Below are positions 12,699 through 25,012 of a stretch of 64,000 nucleotides of DNA, one piece after another (the first letter of the stretch is position 1; each line of letters starts with the position of its first letter). Made by a program: the position numbers and the translations under genes. The DNA is taken from assembly GCA_008632985.1 (NCBI GenBank), contig QPGO01000113.1, positions 126,947 to 190,946 on the forward strand, written 5' to 3'. Origin of the DNA: Psammoneis japonica (Eukaryota). The notes beneath the pieces were generated by a model, which saw nothing but the letters and a program-made list of their open reading frames with translations, had not been told where the DNA came from and did not search any database.

Positions 12699-15289
12699 CT
12701 ATTTGGACGCAGACGGTTTTGCCACCTTCTTAATCCGGCTGTCAATCTGGTCGATTTGCTTGCTCGTATCGGATCGAATAGTGGCGTCCCAACCATTCTC
12801 CCCATCAGAAGCTTCTCTCAGGTACCTTCGGACCTCGTCAAGGGCACGAGAAATCTTTCGACTGACCGGTTTTAGCAAAATGCTCTGAGTAGCGGGATTA
12901 TCCAGATACAGTCCCATCTCGTCCGTAATTTCGCCCAATTGCACCTCTAGACCATCTTCGATTTGTGAAAGCATCTTTTGCACCGATTCTGCATTCATAA
13001 AGTCTTGGCCCTTCAACGTGTCTGTCGCCACGCTTTTGCACTGTTCACAAAAATGGAAAAGGCCCTTGGCTATGGACGACGACGTGTGCTCGATAAAGTC
13101 GTTACAAGCCGAACGAAGGGCCTCCTCCAAGTCGCGTTTTGAATCCACAGACGATTCTTGAACCGACACACCCTCACGAAGGAGCGTCAGCAGAGCGTTT
13201 TCGGTGCTCATGGAGAACAATCGCCGGTTACGATTAGCCAGGAAACGTGACACGGCCTTGCCAGCGTCGCTGAAATCGAGTTGCCGTTCCACAGAACGAA
13301 GTTCAATGTCGAACGGCGAGAGCTGCTCTCTTAGAATCTATCCAAGGACCAGAAAAAGAACGACGTGAGACAGTGAGTTGAAAGAAGAGAGAGAAAGATT
13401 AACGCAGAAAGACTTCTTACCAAAAGATGTTTTACCAGAAATAGATCCGCATGCATGATTCCGCTCTTTTGCTTAATGTACTCGGAGCCGTCCTTTAGGC
13501 TTTTGGTGCAGGCTTGCACGGACTCTCTAGCAATATCTTCAAACACACGAGGCTCCACGACCCGAAAGATTTTTGAAAGAATCCTCAGCACACTTCGCAT
13601 AGGTGGAAACCAGGACTCGTACACCTGCAACTGTTTCTGGACCGGGTCATCTTCTTGAGGCGTGGCACTCGCGTCGGTCGAAGCGGGCTTCTGCTTGTTG
13701 CGAAGCTTATCAGGATAATCGAGATCTGACGGCTTCGCTTTAAATTTGATAACCTCCTTGGTGAGAGAAGAGTTTGCACAATAAATGAGGCGCTCCTGTG
13801 AGTCTGCAATGACACTGGCTATAGCCCGAGCCGCAGCCATGGTGGTTGGAGAGGAACTCGCCATTGTACGCTCTTCGCGCAACACGCTCACAATCTGGCA
13901 GAGCGTGTCAAGATCAAGCACTGTAACGAGACCTCGACGAACCGTGCGATGAAGTGCCAAACAGAGGGTGCCTAGATATGTCTGGAACTGAGCGTCATGA
14001 TAGGTACCGTCTTCAGCCATGACTTGCGACGCAAGGGACGTTGTGGTCGAAGCAGATTTCTTCTTGTCGTCATTCTTCTCTCCTTGGCTGGCCTTTTCCT
14101 TATCCCCGAAAAAGTCAAGATAAAGCGAGGTCTCGACTGTGCAAATGCGGATTAAAAAGACGCTCGCCAAGCGAGTCATCCCCACCAAACCATGCTGATC
14201 TTTCAGTTTGTCCATATGGGCTCGAATCGTCATTTTGAGCATACTCTCGCGGCTACTACAATACGTATTTCGGCAGAGCTGTAGCAACTCACGATAAGGC
14301 TCTCCTCTATTAAGGCGCTTTCGAACCAAGGCTAGCAAGCGGTTGCTTCGAGAAGAGATTCCATGATACCGGGTGTACACCAGCGACGCTTCAAGTTTGT
14401 CAGCCGATATCGGTACTTTGGGTATGTTGAGAGCGGCCATTACGTCTGCCGTGGTTTGAGAGATTCTATCCGCAACGGCTTCTCGAATCAACGATAGCGC
14501 AGCCTCCTGGAGCGCAAGTGATCGTCGATAGTATTCAATAGAGCCACTTAGGAGCTCGCCGCTGTCTTTGTTTGTCCTTCGACGCTTCATCTCAGCCTCG
14601 AGAGCTTCACGTCCGCCACTCTCGTTTCCAAAGAAGTCGACAGCCTCATCAATTTCATCGAGGACTTTTGGAAAGTCATCATTGTCTACCTTGAGTTTTG
14701 CAAGTCCTCGTACAACAGCCTTGCCTTTGAACAGAACCCCAACAAGTACACCGATGCGATCAACCGCGTCGTAGTGCTTCAGTGGCATCCCGATTTCCTC
14801 AGCATGTCTACTTAGCATTGCCTCTTCTGACTGAAGGCGATCTGCAGCAGCCGATAGTTCTCCAGAGTGACGCAATAATTCTGCATGTCGATTGGATATG
14901 TCGTCAGCAATGTTGATAGAGGCACGGAGCGCCAGACGAAGCGACGTTGTGTGCTTGAGCATCTTTGTCATGTGCTCAGACGTTTGATGAGTCTTTTCGA
15001 GTGTCTGTTGCACCGGATCACTCTCTAATGATGAATCATCTGGTGAGGGGTCCTGAAGAGACCCGTGAGGCGGCGTCATGGCCTGCCATAAGTCAACAAA
15101 CGATCCATCTTTTTCTGTTTCTTTGCCTGCGCTTGCGGTCGGACCTGCCGTCAGTGCGGCGAGCTGCGAGAGCCGCTGAAGCTGCGATGCTGATCGGGGT
15201 GCAAACGTCTCATAGGATACTGAAGGCTTCTTAGCCGAGGGTTTGGGCTTTGGCGGCAAAGGAGGAGACGGAGCGGCAGCTGTCGCCAT
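12699..15289 (-). CDS. COG3: Conserved oligomeric Golgi complex subunit 3 (Sec34); intron 13338-13420
   Basis: DLDYPDKL, ESWFPPMRSVLRILSKIFR, LFLVKHLL|ILREQLSPFDI across a GT-AG intron. Confidence 0.92.
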
Positions 15290-15429
15290 GGTCAAACAGC
15301 AGGGTCATTCGCAATGTCTGCAGAATGTTTTTAACCACCTCGCGCGATCGCGCGCGGCCGGTAAGTAGACCTCGAATAAGCACGACAACTCATTTCTGAT
15401 AATGTTATCGGCCAATTTTGAAATGTGAT

Positions 15430-16320
15430 TTCCCAGCGCCGAAACATCCAACATGATGAAACTGACAACATACCGCCACTACTTCCTTTCACATTGACAT
15501 CTTCGGTCACTGTTAGTTTCGATGGTTCCTCGGGTCCAAAACCAAGTCAAAAGTCGAGACAAAGGCTTCTGAGAGACAGGGAGGGGGAAGGAGGAGCACC
15601 AAGAGACCATCACACAACGAAATGTTCTCTCACTGAGCTTGAAACGTTGGCAGCCCCCATCATCATGAGACACTTGTTCGAGTGGTGCCAAGTGACCAGG
15701 TTGCAAGCATTTTTGGTTTGGCTCCCCCAAAACTGAACAGGTTGCCCAGCACAACAACGCGGCACAGCACCAATCAAGGGCAGGCTGGGGCAGCACTTTG
15801 CAAAATGATGCTCAAGGTTGGTGCGGAGTCCTTTTGGCAATGGAAAATGGTCAGAAAGCCATGTTTTGGTCCCACAAGTCTGTGCTCCAATGCCAGCATG
15901 AGGCAGAGAAGTGTTTTGAGAAAGCTTGCAAGCAACCCTGGCTGACACACATTTGCAGAGCTTTGGCCAAGGTTTTGCAGACTTCTTTTTTGCCAGTGCC
16001 TGTCAGGATTTCAATGTGGCCCAGGCTGATCTTTTTTATGATTTCTTTTTCATTAAATGCCAGATGCAGACTTGGCGCATGTCATGCAAGATGCATGTGC
16101 TGCCCACTGGCAGCTCAAGCTGGTTTGAATTTTGTGTTGAACCTGAGGAGAGCTGTCTTGGCCCAAACAGTGCTGTTGGTCTCATGGACAGAGTGTTCAC
16201 TGTCAACTGTCATCTTCGATTCAAGAGCAGAACTGGCAATGCAGGCCATTTGTTTGTGGACTGTGACAATGCGCCATGACGGATTCATGAGTTGCCATCG
16301 AACACCTTCTAATGAAACTA
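15430..16320. repeat. TpA- and CpG-depleted island, probable decayed transposon fragment
   Basis: About 0.9 kb with very few TA and few CG, rich in TG/CA, unlike the flanking genes; only broken ORFs. Confidence 0.6.
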
Positions 16321-16377
16321 GCCACTGACACGCACATATCCATGACTTCTACTCTCGCGACTCTCCTAATTTCTTTG

Positions 16378-17752
16378 TTAATGTGCTCCTGTGGCAGGCA
16401 AACCAAGGAGTTGTTTGACTACATCATATAAAACTAGCTGAGACGTAATGATGGCACCAACGTGGAAAAAGCGAGCGGATAAACCTGCAAAGAATCCGCC
16501 AAGACCTTGAGATTGAAACACCTCCGATACCGCTTTTCCAAAGCTAATGTTTTCGGGATTCTTGTATGTATCTGTGAGCACAACGTCCCCTGGATGGCTA
16601 GTTATACAAGAGAGAATCGAAGCAAAGAATGCTGCTCCAACGGATACTTCATACTTTATATCCTTGGCAGCCCATTGTAGCTTCGCCGCAGCATCGTACA
16701 GCATTTGGGCGATTTCGTCGAAGCTTACTTGTTTTGTTATTGTCTACGCGAGTTGAAACCAAGCGGATCATGAGAATAAGAAAAGGAGTAGGGAAAGAAA
16801 GAACGGCCGAGGCACCCGTGATTGACTTACGTAGGGTACCTGTTTCGAGAGCATAGCTGGCATTCCCGAGAAAATGTTTTCGATACCTTCTTCCTCAATG
16901 ATCTTTGGAAGGCCAGTAAGCTGAAGGAATACGCAAGTCAATCGTTAGATAACGTAAATGTGTTACCATTAGGAAATACAGAGAGTATAAAGCTATAGCA
17001 ACTCACCAGACCACTAGCAAAGGACGGATCTGTCACCAATCGAATTCTTGTTCTTTCCATAGGACAAAGCATGAGGCTTGCTACTGCCCCGGCCACAACA
17101 CTTGCTAAAAGGTACGGAACTGCAGGGTTATCGGCAGACAAGAGTTCGACAAAGGCCGGCTTTAACGACTCATACAGACCGAATTTCATCGCTCCTTCTG
17201 CACCATATCCCACAACAGTCGGTCCGAGTCCACCCACAAGTGCCTTGAGGCCGTCTTGTTGTATTATTGTCTTTGTGGATTCAATGAGGCCGTCACTGAA
17301 AACATCTGGCTCGCTCTGAATTCGAGTCTTGATTACATCAATGGGAGTTGTGACTCCATGGCTGACTGCGGCACACAAGCCACCAGAAATAAAATATCGA
17401 ACGTCCGGAACTGGAGTCGGGATGCCAAGTGAAAGTGGTCGACAGGATGGTCAACGGCAGAAGCGATCAGAGGTAACAAGCATAGCGCACCCAATAGAAT
17501 GGGAACATTTATATAGTTTGTTGAAGATTGATTCAAAGAAGCATCTTCCTCCTTCAACATTAATTGTGTTCTCTCTTTCCTTGCAGGCCGGAGATGTACA
17601 TTCACAGGCTTTGGGCGCAATACTTCGCCGCGATTGACGCATCGTTTCTCGTTTCCGGGGACAAATGCAGGATTAAACATTGATCCGCTTGCTGCCATAC
17701 CTGTGGCAACGTGGAAAGCACACAAACAGAAAATTTGGTTCCATTTTATCAT
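16378..17752 (-). CDS. Mitochondrial carrier family protein, phosphate-carrier-like, with N-terminal extension; multi-exon, one apparent frameshift near 17430
   Basis: PIDVIKTRIQ, GLGPTVVGYGAEGAMKFGLYE, PMERTRIRL, HPGDVVLT; GT-AG introns near 16750-16830 and 16920-17005. Confidence 0.85.
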
Positions 17753-19284
17753 TGTCACTGCTGAGTTTGAGAATGTGGAGCTACTGTATTTGATGGCTGA
17801 TCGCGAATAGCGATGCCTTCGGCTTTTGCTCTCTGTTGTGCGAGCTACGCGCAGAAAAAACGCGCGTCAGGAAAAAACAGTTGTCAGATGGAGCGATGAG
17901 AAGTATGGGAACTTTCTCGTAGATTCTACGAGAAAAACGGGCGATAGACAGACAAATGCGACAGAAGACTCTTCCCCGTGCTTTTTGTACGGCATTCGAT
18001 GCTGACAATGGCGTGCCGCCGGTGACGCTGTTGATTAATTTTTATTGGATGAAAAGCACCAGATACGTCGTATTGCAAGTGATAAGTATAGACATGCATC
18101 CATATTGACCCTGGATGCAGTTTGTGGTTGATTTCAGGGCATCGTTGTCACTGGCTTTTTCTGCAATTTTCTACGTGAATTACGCGTAGCAACAATACGG
18201 GATATTGATGACAACGGCATCATTTTGAATGATCGATTAGAGCTACTAGACAGACACCAATGAGCAAAGTATTGTATCAGTTAAATTTACCATGCTTATA
18301 TTATTATTATTGCTGAATGCCTGAAATTAGTGTGGATGTTGTTTTCATCCCCACATGGTCACCATTGTCGCATCTCGTGTTGTGTCGTGTTTTTTGTGGG
18401 CATCTGTCGCATCTTCCTAGGCTATCCAACCTCATCTTTTTTTGAAATTGTCTCGCGCACGTGTGCGCGGTTATTAGACTGTGTAGGTGTGTGTACGTGT
18501 GTGAGGTGTAAGTAGGATATACGTAGAATTACTACTGAGTGATTGACATGCCGTGGATTTTCCGCCGGTACACAATCTACGTGGTCTACATGGAACATAA
18601 ATTTATGTTTGTCTCTGAGGCTATTACATATCATTGATTTTGCTAAGGCCTCTAATATATGTATATACCAATTCAAAAGTCTGACAGAACACCCCGAAAG
18701 AACTCTGGAATCTGGATAAAAAAAATTTCTATTTAACGGTCCGAACAGGGTTTCCCCGAAGCGCTTCTCAAAATATCTACAGATTGTATATAGTAAAACA
18801 TCTACTATTAGCAAAACAGAGTCACTGTCGGATAAATAGATCCCGTGTTCTTCGCGCGCAAACAACACGTGCAATATGCGTTGTCATGTACGTACTATAT
18901 ATGTATATCTATATATTAAATAAAAGTATATTTCAATCGTACGTCAATCGTGGGTTCGTACGAAGTACAGATCAATCACACAGAAGTGATCGGATGTCGA
19001 GAATCGCAAATGCGATTGTACGATAATGTTGACATCTTATGTGTCAATATCAATCGTATCCGGACAATCTGTTGTCACGATCATATTCTCCGAAAGGCCT
19101 TTTGTCTGTAGGAGCAGTACAAAAGGTTTAGGCTGTTGAGAACCCGTTCGGAGAAACCCAAAATGATTGAGCAGAAATGATTCTCATAATTTTCACTTTT
19201 TGAACTTCACTCTACTTTCGTTTACACTCGTTCTTCGAGCATAGTGCATTGTGCATACACACCACAGAAGGTAATGAGTTCAAG

Positions 19285-20439
19285 ATGAAGCTTTCACCTC
19301 ATGCAACCAACGCCAAAACTTCGTCAAGGCAGGAGAAAATCGTCCCTCAACCGCTGCAATCGAACTCCGAGCCGAAGAGCCTCAAACCGAGCCAGTGCCT
19401 CAAGATGGAGCAACGTTTTCATCCCGAGAAGAAGGATGGCCGTACCCACACCATCAATGTTGAGCACCATAAGAAACAAGGTGTCCCCAAGTTCATCGAA
19501 TTTCTCAAGAGCTACGATCAACTTTCAGTGGGCCAGAATGTCAGGAAGCAATCTGACAAGTTTCGTCTCATGCGCATGTTACTCCAAGGAGACGCTCTAC
19601 ATGCTTTCGAGAATGCGGCAGCGAACCTTGAAGACGAATCTGCAGAAGGAAGCTTCGAGAAATGCCTGCAACATCTCACGAGGCATGTGTTTCCCAAGAA
19701 CGCACTTTCGGTGCAGAAACGTTATTTGCGTCGTGATCTCAAGAAGCCGGAGTCCATGAAAGTGCGCGAAATTGCTGCTTGGGTCCAAGAAGTCAACGAA
19801 GACCTCAAGTTCTATCCTCCCTTTGGGAAGGAACAGAAGATCGAGGACGACGAGCTCAAGGACATCCTCTTCAACCTTGCACCTCGAAAGTGGCAGCGTC
19901 AGTCGACCGTCCAGGGTTTCGAAATTTTGAGACATGCCTGTGACGAGCTGGTTGAGTTCTTGGAGCGCCTGGAGGTCGCAGAAGACACATTTGATGGCAT
20001 TCATGCCAAGGCTGATGGCAGTGGCGGTGCTGCATCAAAAGCCAAGAGTGGTTCCCAACGTGGTTCCAAAAATGGTCACCAACATGGCACCGAAAAATCT
20101 CAGTCCGAGAAGTGGTGCATTTTGTGCGAGAAATCCACTCATAACACGGACAAGTGCTGGTCGATCAAAAGACTTGCGAAAGAATGCCGTGGGAACTGTG
20201 AACCCGACCCGAAACGGCGCCGTTCAAATGGCAACCGCATGTGGTCTCGTCGCGACAACGACAACGCCGCTCGCAAAGAAGAGTTGAATGCCATGGCGAT
20301 CCAAGCAGTTCAAAAATTGCTCAAAGCGAGTTCTTCGAACAATGATAAAAAACACAAGAGCAAAGATTGTGATTCTGACACCCTTGACGAGGAAAATTGT
20401 CAGTTTGAAAAAATGACGCGCAGTGATTCCGAGGAATGA
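19285..20439 (+). CDS. Gag of Gypsy copy 1
   Basis: QKRYLRR...KP segment and CxxC-x4-H-x4-C knuckle (CILCEKSTHNTDKC); follows the 5' LTR. Confidence 0.85.
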   Translation: MKLSPHATNAKTSSRQEKIVPQPLQSNSEPKSLKPSQCLKMEQRFHPEKKDGRTHTINVEHHKKQGVPKFIEFLKSYDQLSVGQNVRKQSDKFRLMRMLLQGDALHAFENAAANLEDESAEGSFEKCLQHLTRHVFPKNALSVQKRYLRRDLKKPESMKVREIAAWVQEVNEDLKFYPPFGKEQKIEDDELKDILFNLAPRKWQRQSTVQGFEILRHACDELVEFLERLEVAEDTFDGIHAKADGSGGAASKAKSGSQRGSKNGHQHGTEKSQSEKWCILCEKSTHNTDKCWSIKRLAKECRGNCEPDPKRRRSNGNRMWSRRDNDNAARKEELNAMAIQAVQKLLKASSSNNDKKHKSKDCDSDTLDEENCQFEKMTRSDSEE

Positions 20440-23400
20440 CTTGCACCGCAAGAGGAGTCTTACGCTCTGCTGGATGTTAGGAAGCCCAGAAAAAGGGCCA
20501 AAGTAATTCACACTAGTCCAGCAGTCGTCGCCCACATGAACACTTCATTGGGTGAGGTGAAAAACAAGCCTCCACGCGTTCTCCTTGACAGCGGAACATC
20601 GTCAACCATAATTTTGCGCAAATTCACGCGGAAACTCAGAACAAAAGCATCCGCCACCAAACTCTGGGAAACCAAAGGAGGGCTCTTCACGACTGATGGT
20701 CGATGTAAGATCCAATTCTCCTTGCCCAAATTTGACAAACATGAGATGATTGAAACAACGGCACATGTTGACAACTCCCCTTCTTCTTCGAGTCGTTATG
20801 ATGTGATCATGGGACGCGACTTAATGTCAAGTCTTGGGATGATGTTAGACTTCTCGAATGAAGAAATTAAATGGGAAGATGCAACTGCTCCCATGAAGAA
20901 TGTTGATGCACTCTTCGATGCCGATGTTTTTAAGTTGATTGCCGATCACATTGAGGAATCTCATGCAGTGATCAGTCTTAATGACAGGGTCAATCGGATC
21001 CTTGACTCAGACTGTCACGCTGCAAACCTCAATGATGTGACCGCAGCAGCTGCTCATCTAACTCCTGAAGAGCAGAAGCAGCTGAACTTCCTCTTAAAAA
21101 GATTTGAAAACCTTTTCGATGGTTCTCCAGGCAAATGGACCGGGAAACCGGTGGATTTAAAGTTGAAATCGGGCGTGAGTCCGCATCATGCCAAACCATT
21201 TCCCGTACCACAAGCCTTGGAGGCGACTGCTCGTAAGGAGGTTGAAAGACCATGCAAGTTGAAAGTCTTAAGAAAAATAAATTGTTCTGAATGGGCGGCT
21301 CCAACCTTCATTCAACCCAAGAAAAATGGCAGAGTTCGGTTCTTGTCCGACTTTCGTGAGCTAAATAAGAGGTTAATTCGTGCTCCGTTTCCTCTGCCCA
21401 ACATTCAGGATGTGCTACAGAAGCTCGAAGGCTTCATGCATGCAACGTCCCTAGATTTAAACATGGGATGCCATCACATCGAATTGACGCCGCGTGCACG
21501 TCGCTTGTGCACGATTGTCATGCCTTGGGGCAAACATGAGCACTGTAGACTCCCGATGGGAATCTGTGGAGCTCCAGATATTTTCCAAGAGCACATGAGT
21601 GAGCTCATGGCAGGTCTGGAGTTCGTCAGAACTTGTGTTGACGACACATTGTGTCTTGCAAAAGGTGATTTTCAAGACCACCTCAAGAAGCTTGAAACGG
21701 TGTTCTTACGCCTAGAACAAGCCGGATTGAAGGTCAACGCCGAGAAGTCCTTTTTCGCTAAACCCGAAGTAGACTATCTAGGCTTTCATGTCACCCGCAA
21801 GGGCATCAGCCCGATTCCAAAAAAAGTGGAAGCGATTCACGCGATCGCAACTCCTAAAACTCGCAAGGAATTGCGACGCTTTATCGGCATGATCAACTAC
21901 TATCGAGACATGTGGCCTCAACGATCTCATGTTTTAGCTCCCTTAGCCAAACTCACTTCTACCCAAGTAAAGTGGCAATGGACCGAAACAGAACAAAAAG
22001 CCTTCGAAAATATGAAGCGCATCATCTCCAAAGATATACTATTATCATACCCGGATTTTAATATACCCTTTGAGATATATACCGATGCTAGTAAATCTCA
22101 ATTGGGGGCGGTTATTACTCAGAAAAACCGACCAATTGCCTTCTACAGCCGCAAGCTGAATGGAGCGCAGACGCGTTATACTACAACGGAAAAAGAGCTA
22201 TTGTCCATAGTGGAGACGTTAAAGAGTTCCGAAATATACTGTTTGGCCAACAGATAAATATATATACGGATCACAAAAATCTCACACACAAAAATTTCAC
22301 AACGGACAGAGTCATGCGTTGGCGTCTAATAATAGAAGAATACAGTCCCGAAATAAAATACCTTGAGGGCAAGGCAAATATTGTCGCAGACGCGATTAGC
22401 CGACTTACTATGAAGAAAATAGAACCTATGGAAACCCTCAGCACAGAAGAGCTAGCTGAAAAGGTCTACCAAAATCCTACGACAATGTCTTTCCGTTAAA
22501 TTACAAAGTTCTTGATTATGAACAAAAACGGGATAAAGACATTCTCTCCCAATTGTCAAATAAGACGTTTTATACGAAGACTTTTCGTGGAGGCGAGCGA
22601 GACCGGTTGCTCATATGTCATAAGGATAAAATTGTCGTCCCGAGGACGTTACAAAAGGCAGTGATAGATTGGTGTCATACATGCCTTCTTCACCCTGGCA
22701 TAAATCGAACAGAAGAAACAATCTCACAACACCTATGGTGGTCCACCTTACGTGAAGACATACGAAAATACGTGTCGAGATGTGAGACGTGCCAAAAATT
22801 CAAAAAGAAACACAAGAAATATGGACATTTACCTCCTAAGTGCGCAGAATCCGCACCATGGGAACGACTATGTGTGGACCTTATTGGGCCATACAAAATA
22901 CGCCGTAAGGGAAAGAAAAAACCCCTAGTCCTGAAATGTTTAACTGTGATCGATCCAGCAACCAGATGGTTTGAAGTTGTGGAAATCCCAAATAAGGAGT
23001 CCACAACTGCAGCTGGACCATTAGAACGAACATGGCCAAGCAGATGTCCTTGGCCATCGTCAATTGCATGTGACCGTGGAAGTGAGTTCATCGGACACCA
23101 ATTTAGAGAAATGGTGCAAGATGATCACGGCATTAAAGTCAAGCCCACAACTGCGTGAAATCCACAAGCAAACGCAATTGTTGAACGCGCACATCAAGCA
23201 CTGGGGAACATGCTCCGCACATTTGATTTGCAACATGCACCTCCAGACACTGAGGATCCTTTCGCTGGAATGCTGTCAGCAGCAGCATTTGCGGCACGTT
23301 CTGCGCATCACACCACTGCGCAAGCTACACCAGGACAACTGGTCTTCAACAGAGACATGACATTTAACGTCCAACATGTCGCGGACTGGAAATTAATCCA

Positions 23401-23638
23401 GCAGCGAAAACAAGAAATCACAAATAAAAACAACGCTCGAGAGAATGCTCGACGCACTCCTCACACGCACAGAGCAGGAGAAAAGACACCACTCGAGAAA
23501 GACTCGCAAAAATTAGAACAGCCCCATGTTGGACCGCATGCAATGACAACGGTGCATGCCAATGGCACAGTGCAGATCAAACGCGGCAACGTTGTTGACA
23601 CTGTCAACATTCGTCGAACAGTGCCGTTTAACGACTGA
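20440..23638 (+). pseudogene. Pol (PR-RT-RNaseH-IN) of Gypsy copy 1, disrupted
   Basis: LLDSGT, LPMG, CVDD at the YxDD position, YTDAS, HPG...CxxC, DRGSEF. One-base frameshifts near 22220 and 22465 and a TGA near 23156. Confidence 0.92.
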
Positions 23639-25012
23639 CTCTAATGTGCAATTGGGGAGGCGAGTGCAACATGCGTTGTCATGTGCGCACCATGTGTGTG
23701 TGTCTGTGCATTGAATAAAAGCACATTTCAATCGCACGTCAATCGTGGGTTCGTACGAAGTACAGATCAATCACACAGAAGTGATCGGATGTCGAGAATC
23801 GCAAATGCGATTGTGCAATGATGTTGACATCTCATGTGTCAATGTCAATCGCATCCGGACAATCTGTTGTCACGATCATGTTCTCCGAAAGGCCTTTTGT
23901 CTGTGGGAGCAGCACAAAAGGTTTGGGCTGTTGAGAACCCATTCGGAGAAACCCAAAATGATTGAGCAGAAACAATTCTCATAATTTTCACTTTTTGAAC
24001 TTCACTCTACTTTCATTTACACTCGTTCTTCGAGCACAGTGCACACGATAACGCACAACAACACCATGGCGAGAAACGCGAACGCCGTCCCCTCATCTGC
24101 AAGCTGGGAATGCGAGATGCCATTGAAGTGGTTGGACAACATGCATGCGCTGCATTCATGGGTCAAGTTGGGTTTCTTCTCGCTGCTTGTTGTTGCGTCA
24201 TTTTACAACGTTTTGACCCACGCCGTGTTCTTTGCTTTGTTGCTTCTGCTCGCGCGCCACCAACAGCTCTTCCTGCAGGGTGTGGCCAGTTGCACGGCTG
24301 CATCGAACCCAAACGTGCGCGACCAACTAGCCCTGCCCCGGCTGACTCATGCGCAAACATTGAACAATTTGTTTGCCACCTGAATGCCAGGAAACTGGCG
24401 TCAGACAACCGTTTGTTCCTCCCGGCCGTAGCGAGTGCGAACAGTGCGAAGGTCGCACAGGTTCGAAGGTCGCGCAGGACGAGGAGACGGGCTGATGGTG
24501 CGCGCGATCTCGGTCCTCTTCCGCACCACTTACAGACCTCCCAGTTGGGAGTGGCGCGCGATGTGCGATGCGGATAGAGGAGAGAAAAAGACCCGGAAAA
24601 GAGACGTCCACGTCATCGTGACAGCATGTTCAAAGTAAAATCAAACATTTCACAAAGTCGGTAAAGACTTCATGATCGTGGCTGAATGACGACAAGCCCA
24701 CAACCCAAAAACGTTGTTCGACTTCGAGCCAAAGCAAGCCAAATGAATGGTGTAAATCGTCAAGTGTCATTTCCACTTCGACACAAAGAAAGCTGAATGA
24801 ACAGCGGTCAGATTTCAAATTCAGAGCAATGCAGAAATGCCAACAGTGAATGAGAACCACTGTGGGTGTGCGCTTTAATGTCATCAGACGAATCCTGGCA
24901 ATGAACACACAAATGAATTTGTGTTCCATCCACATTCTGAACTTTGATGTGTCGGCTTTTTTTTGACACCCGACAACATCAAACGCATGCTTGTAATGTA
25001 GACCTGTGCATC

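Larger units (their letters stand above)
18870..24043 (+). mobile_element. Ty3/Gypsy LTR retrotransposon, family A copy 1 (full length, mutated)
   Basis: 379-bp LTRs 18870-19248 and 23665-24043 (TGCA...TGCA); 4-bp TSD CACG; polypurine tract before the 3' LTR; order gag, PR, RT, RH, IN. Confidence 0.97.

Noticed and set aside
15700..15900. Tyrosine-recombinase-like TPHQx(R)ASF on the minus strand
   Set aside because: Single degenerate motif in saturated sequence; not supportable without a profile search.
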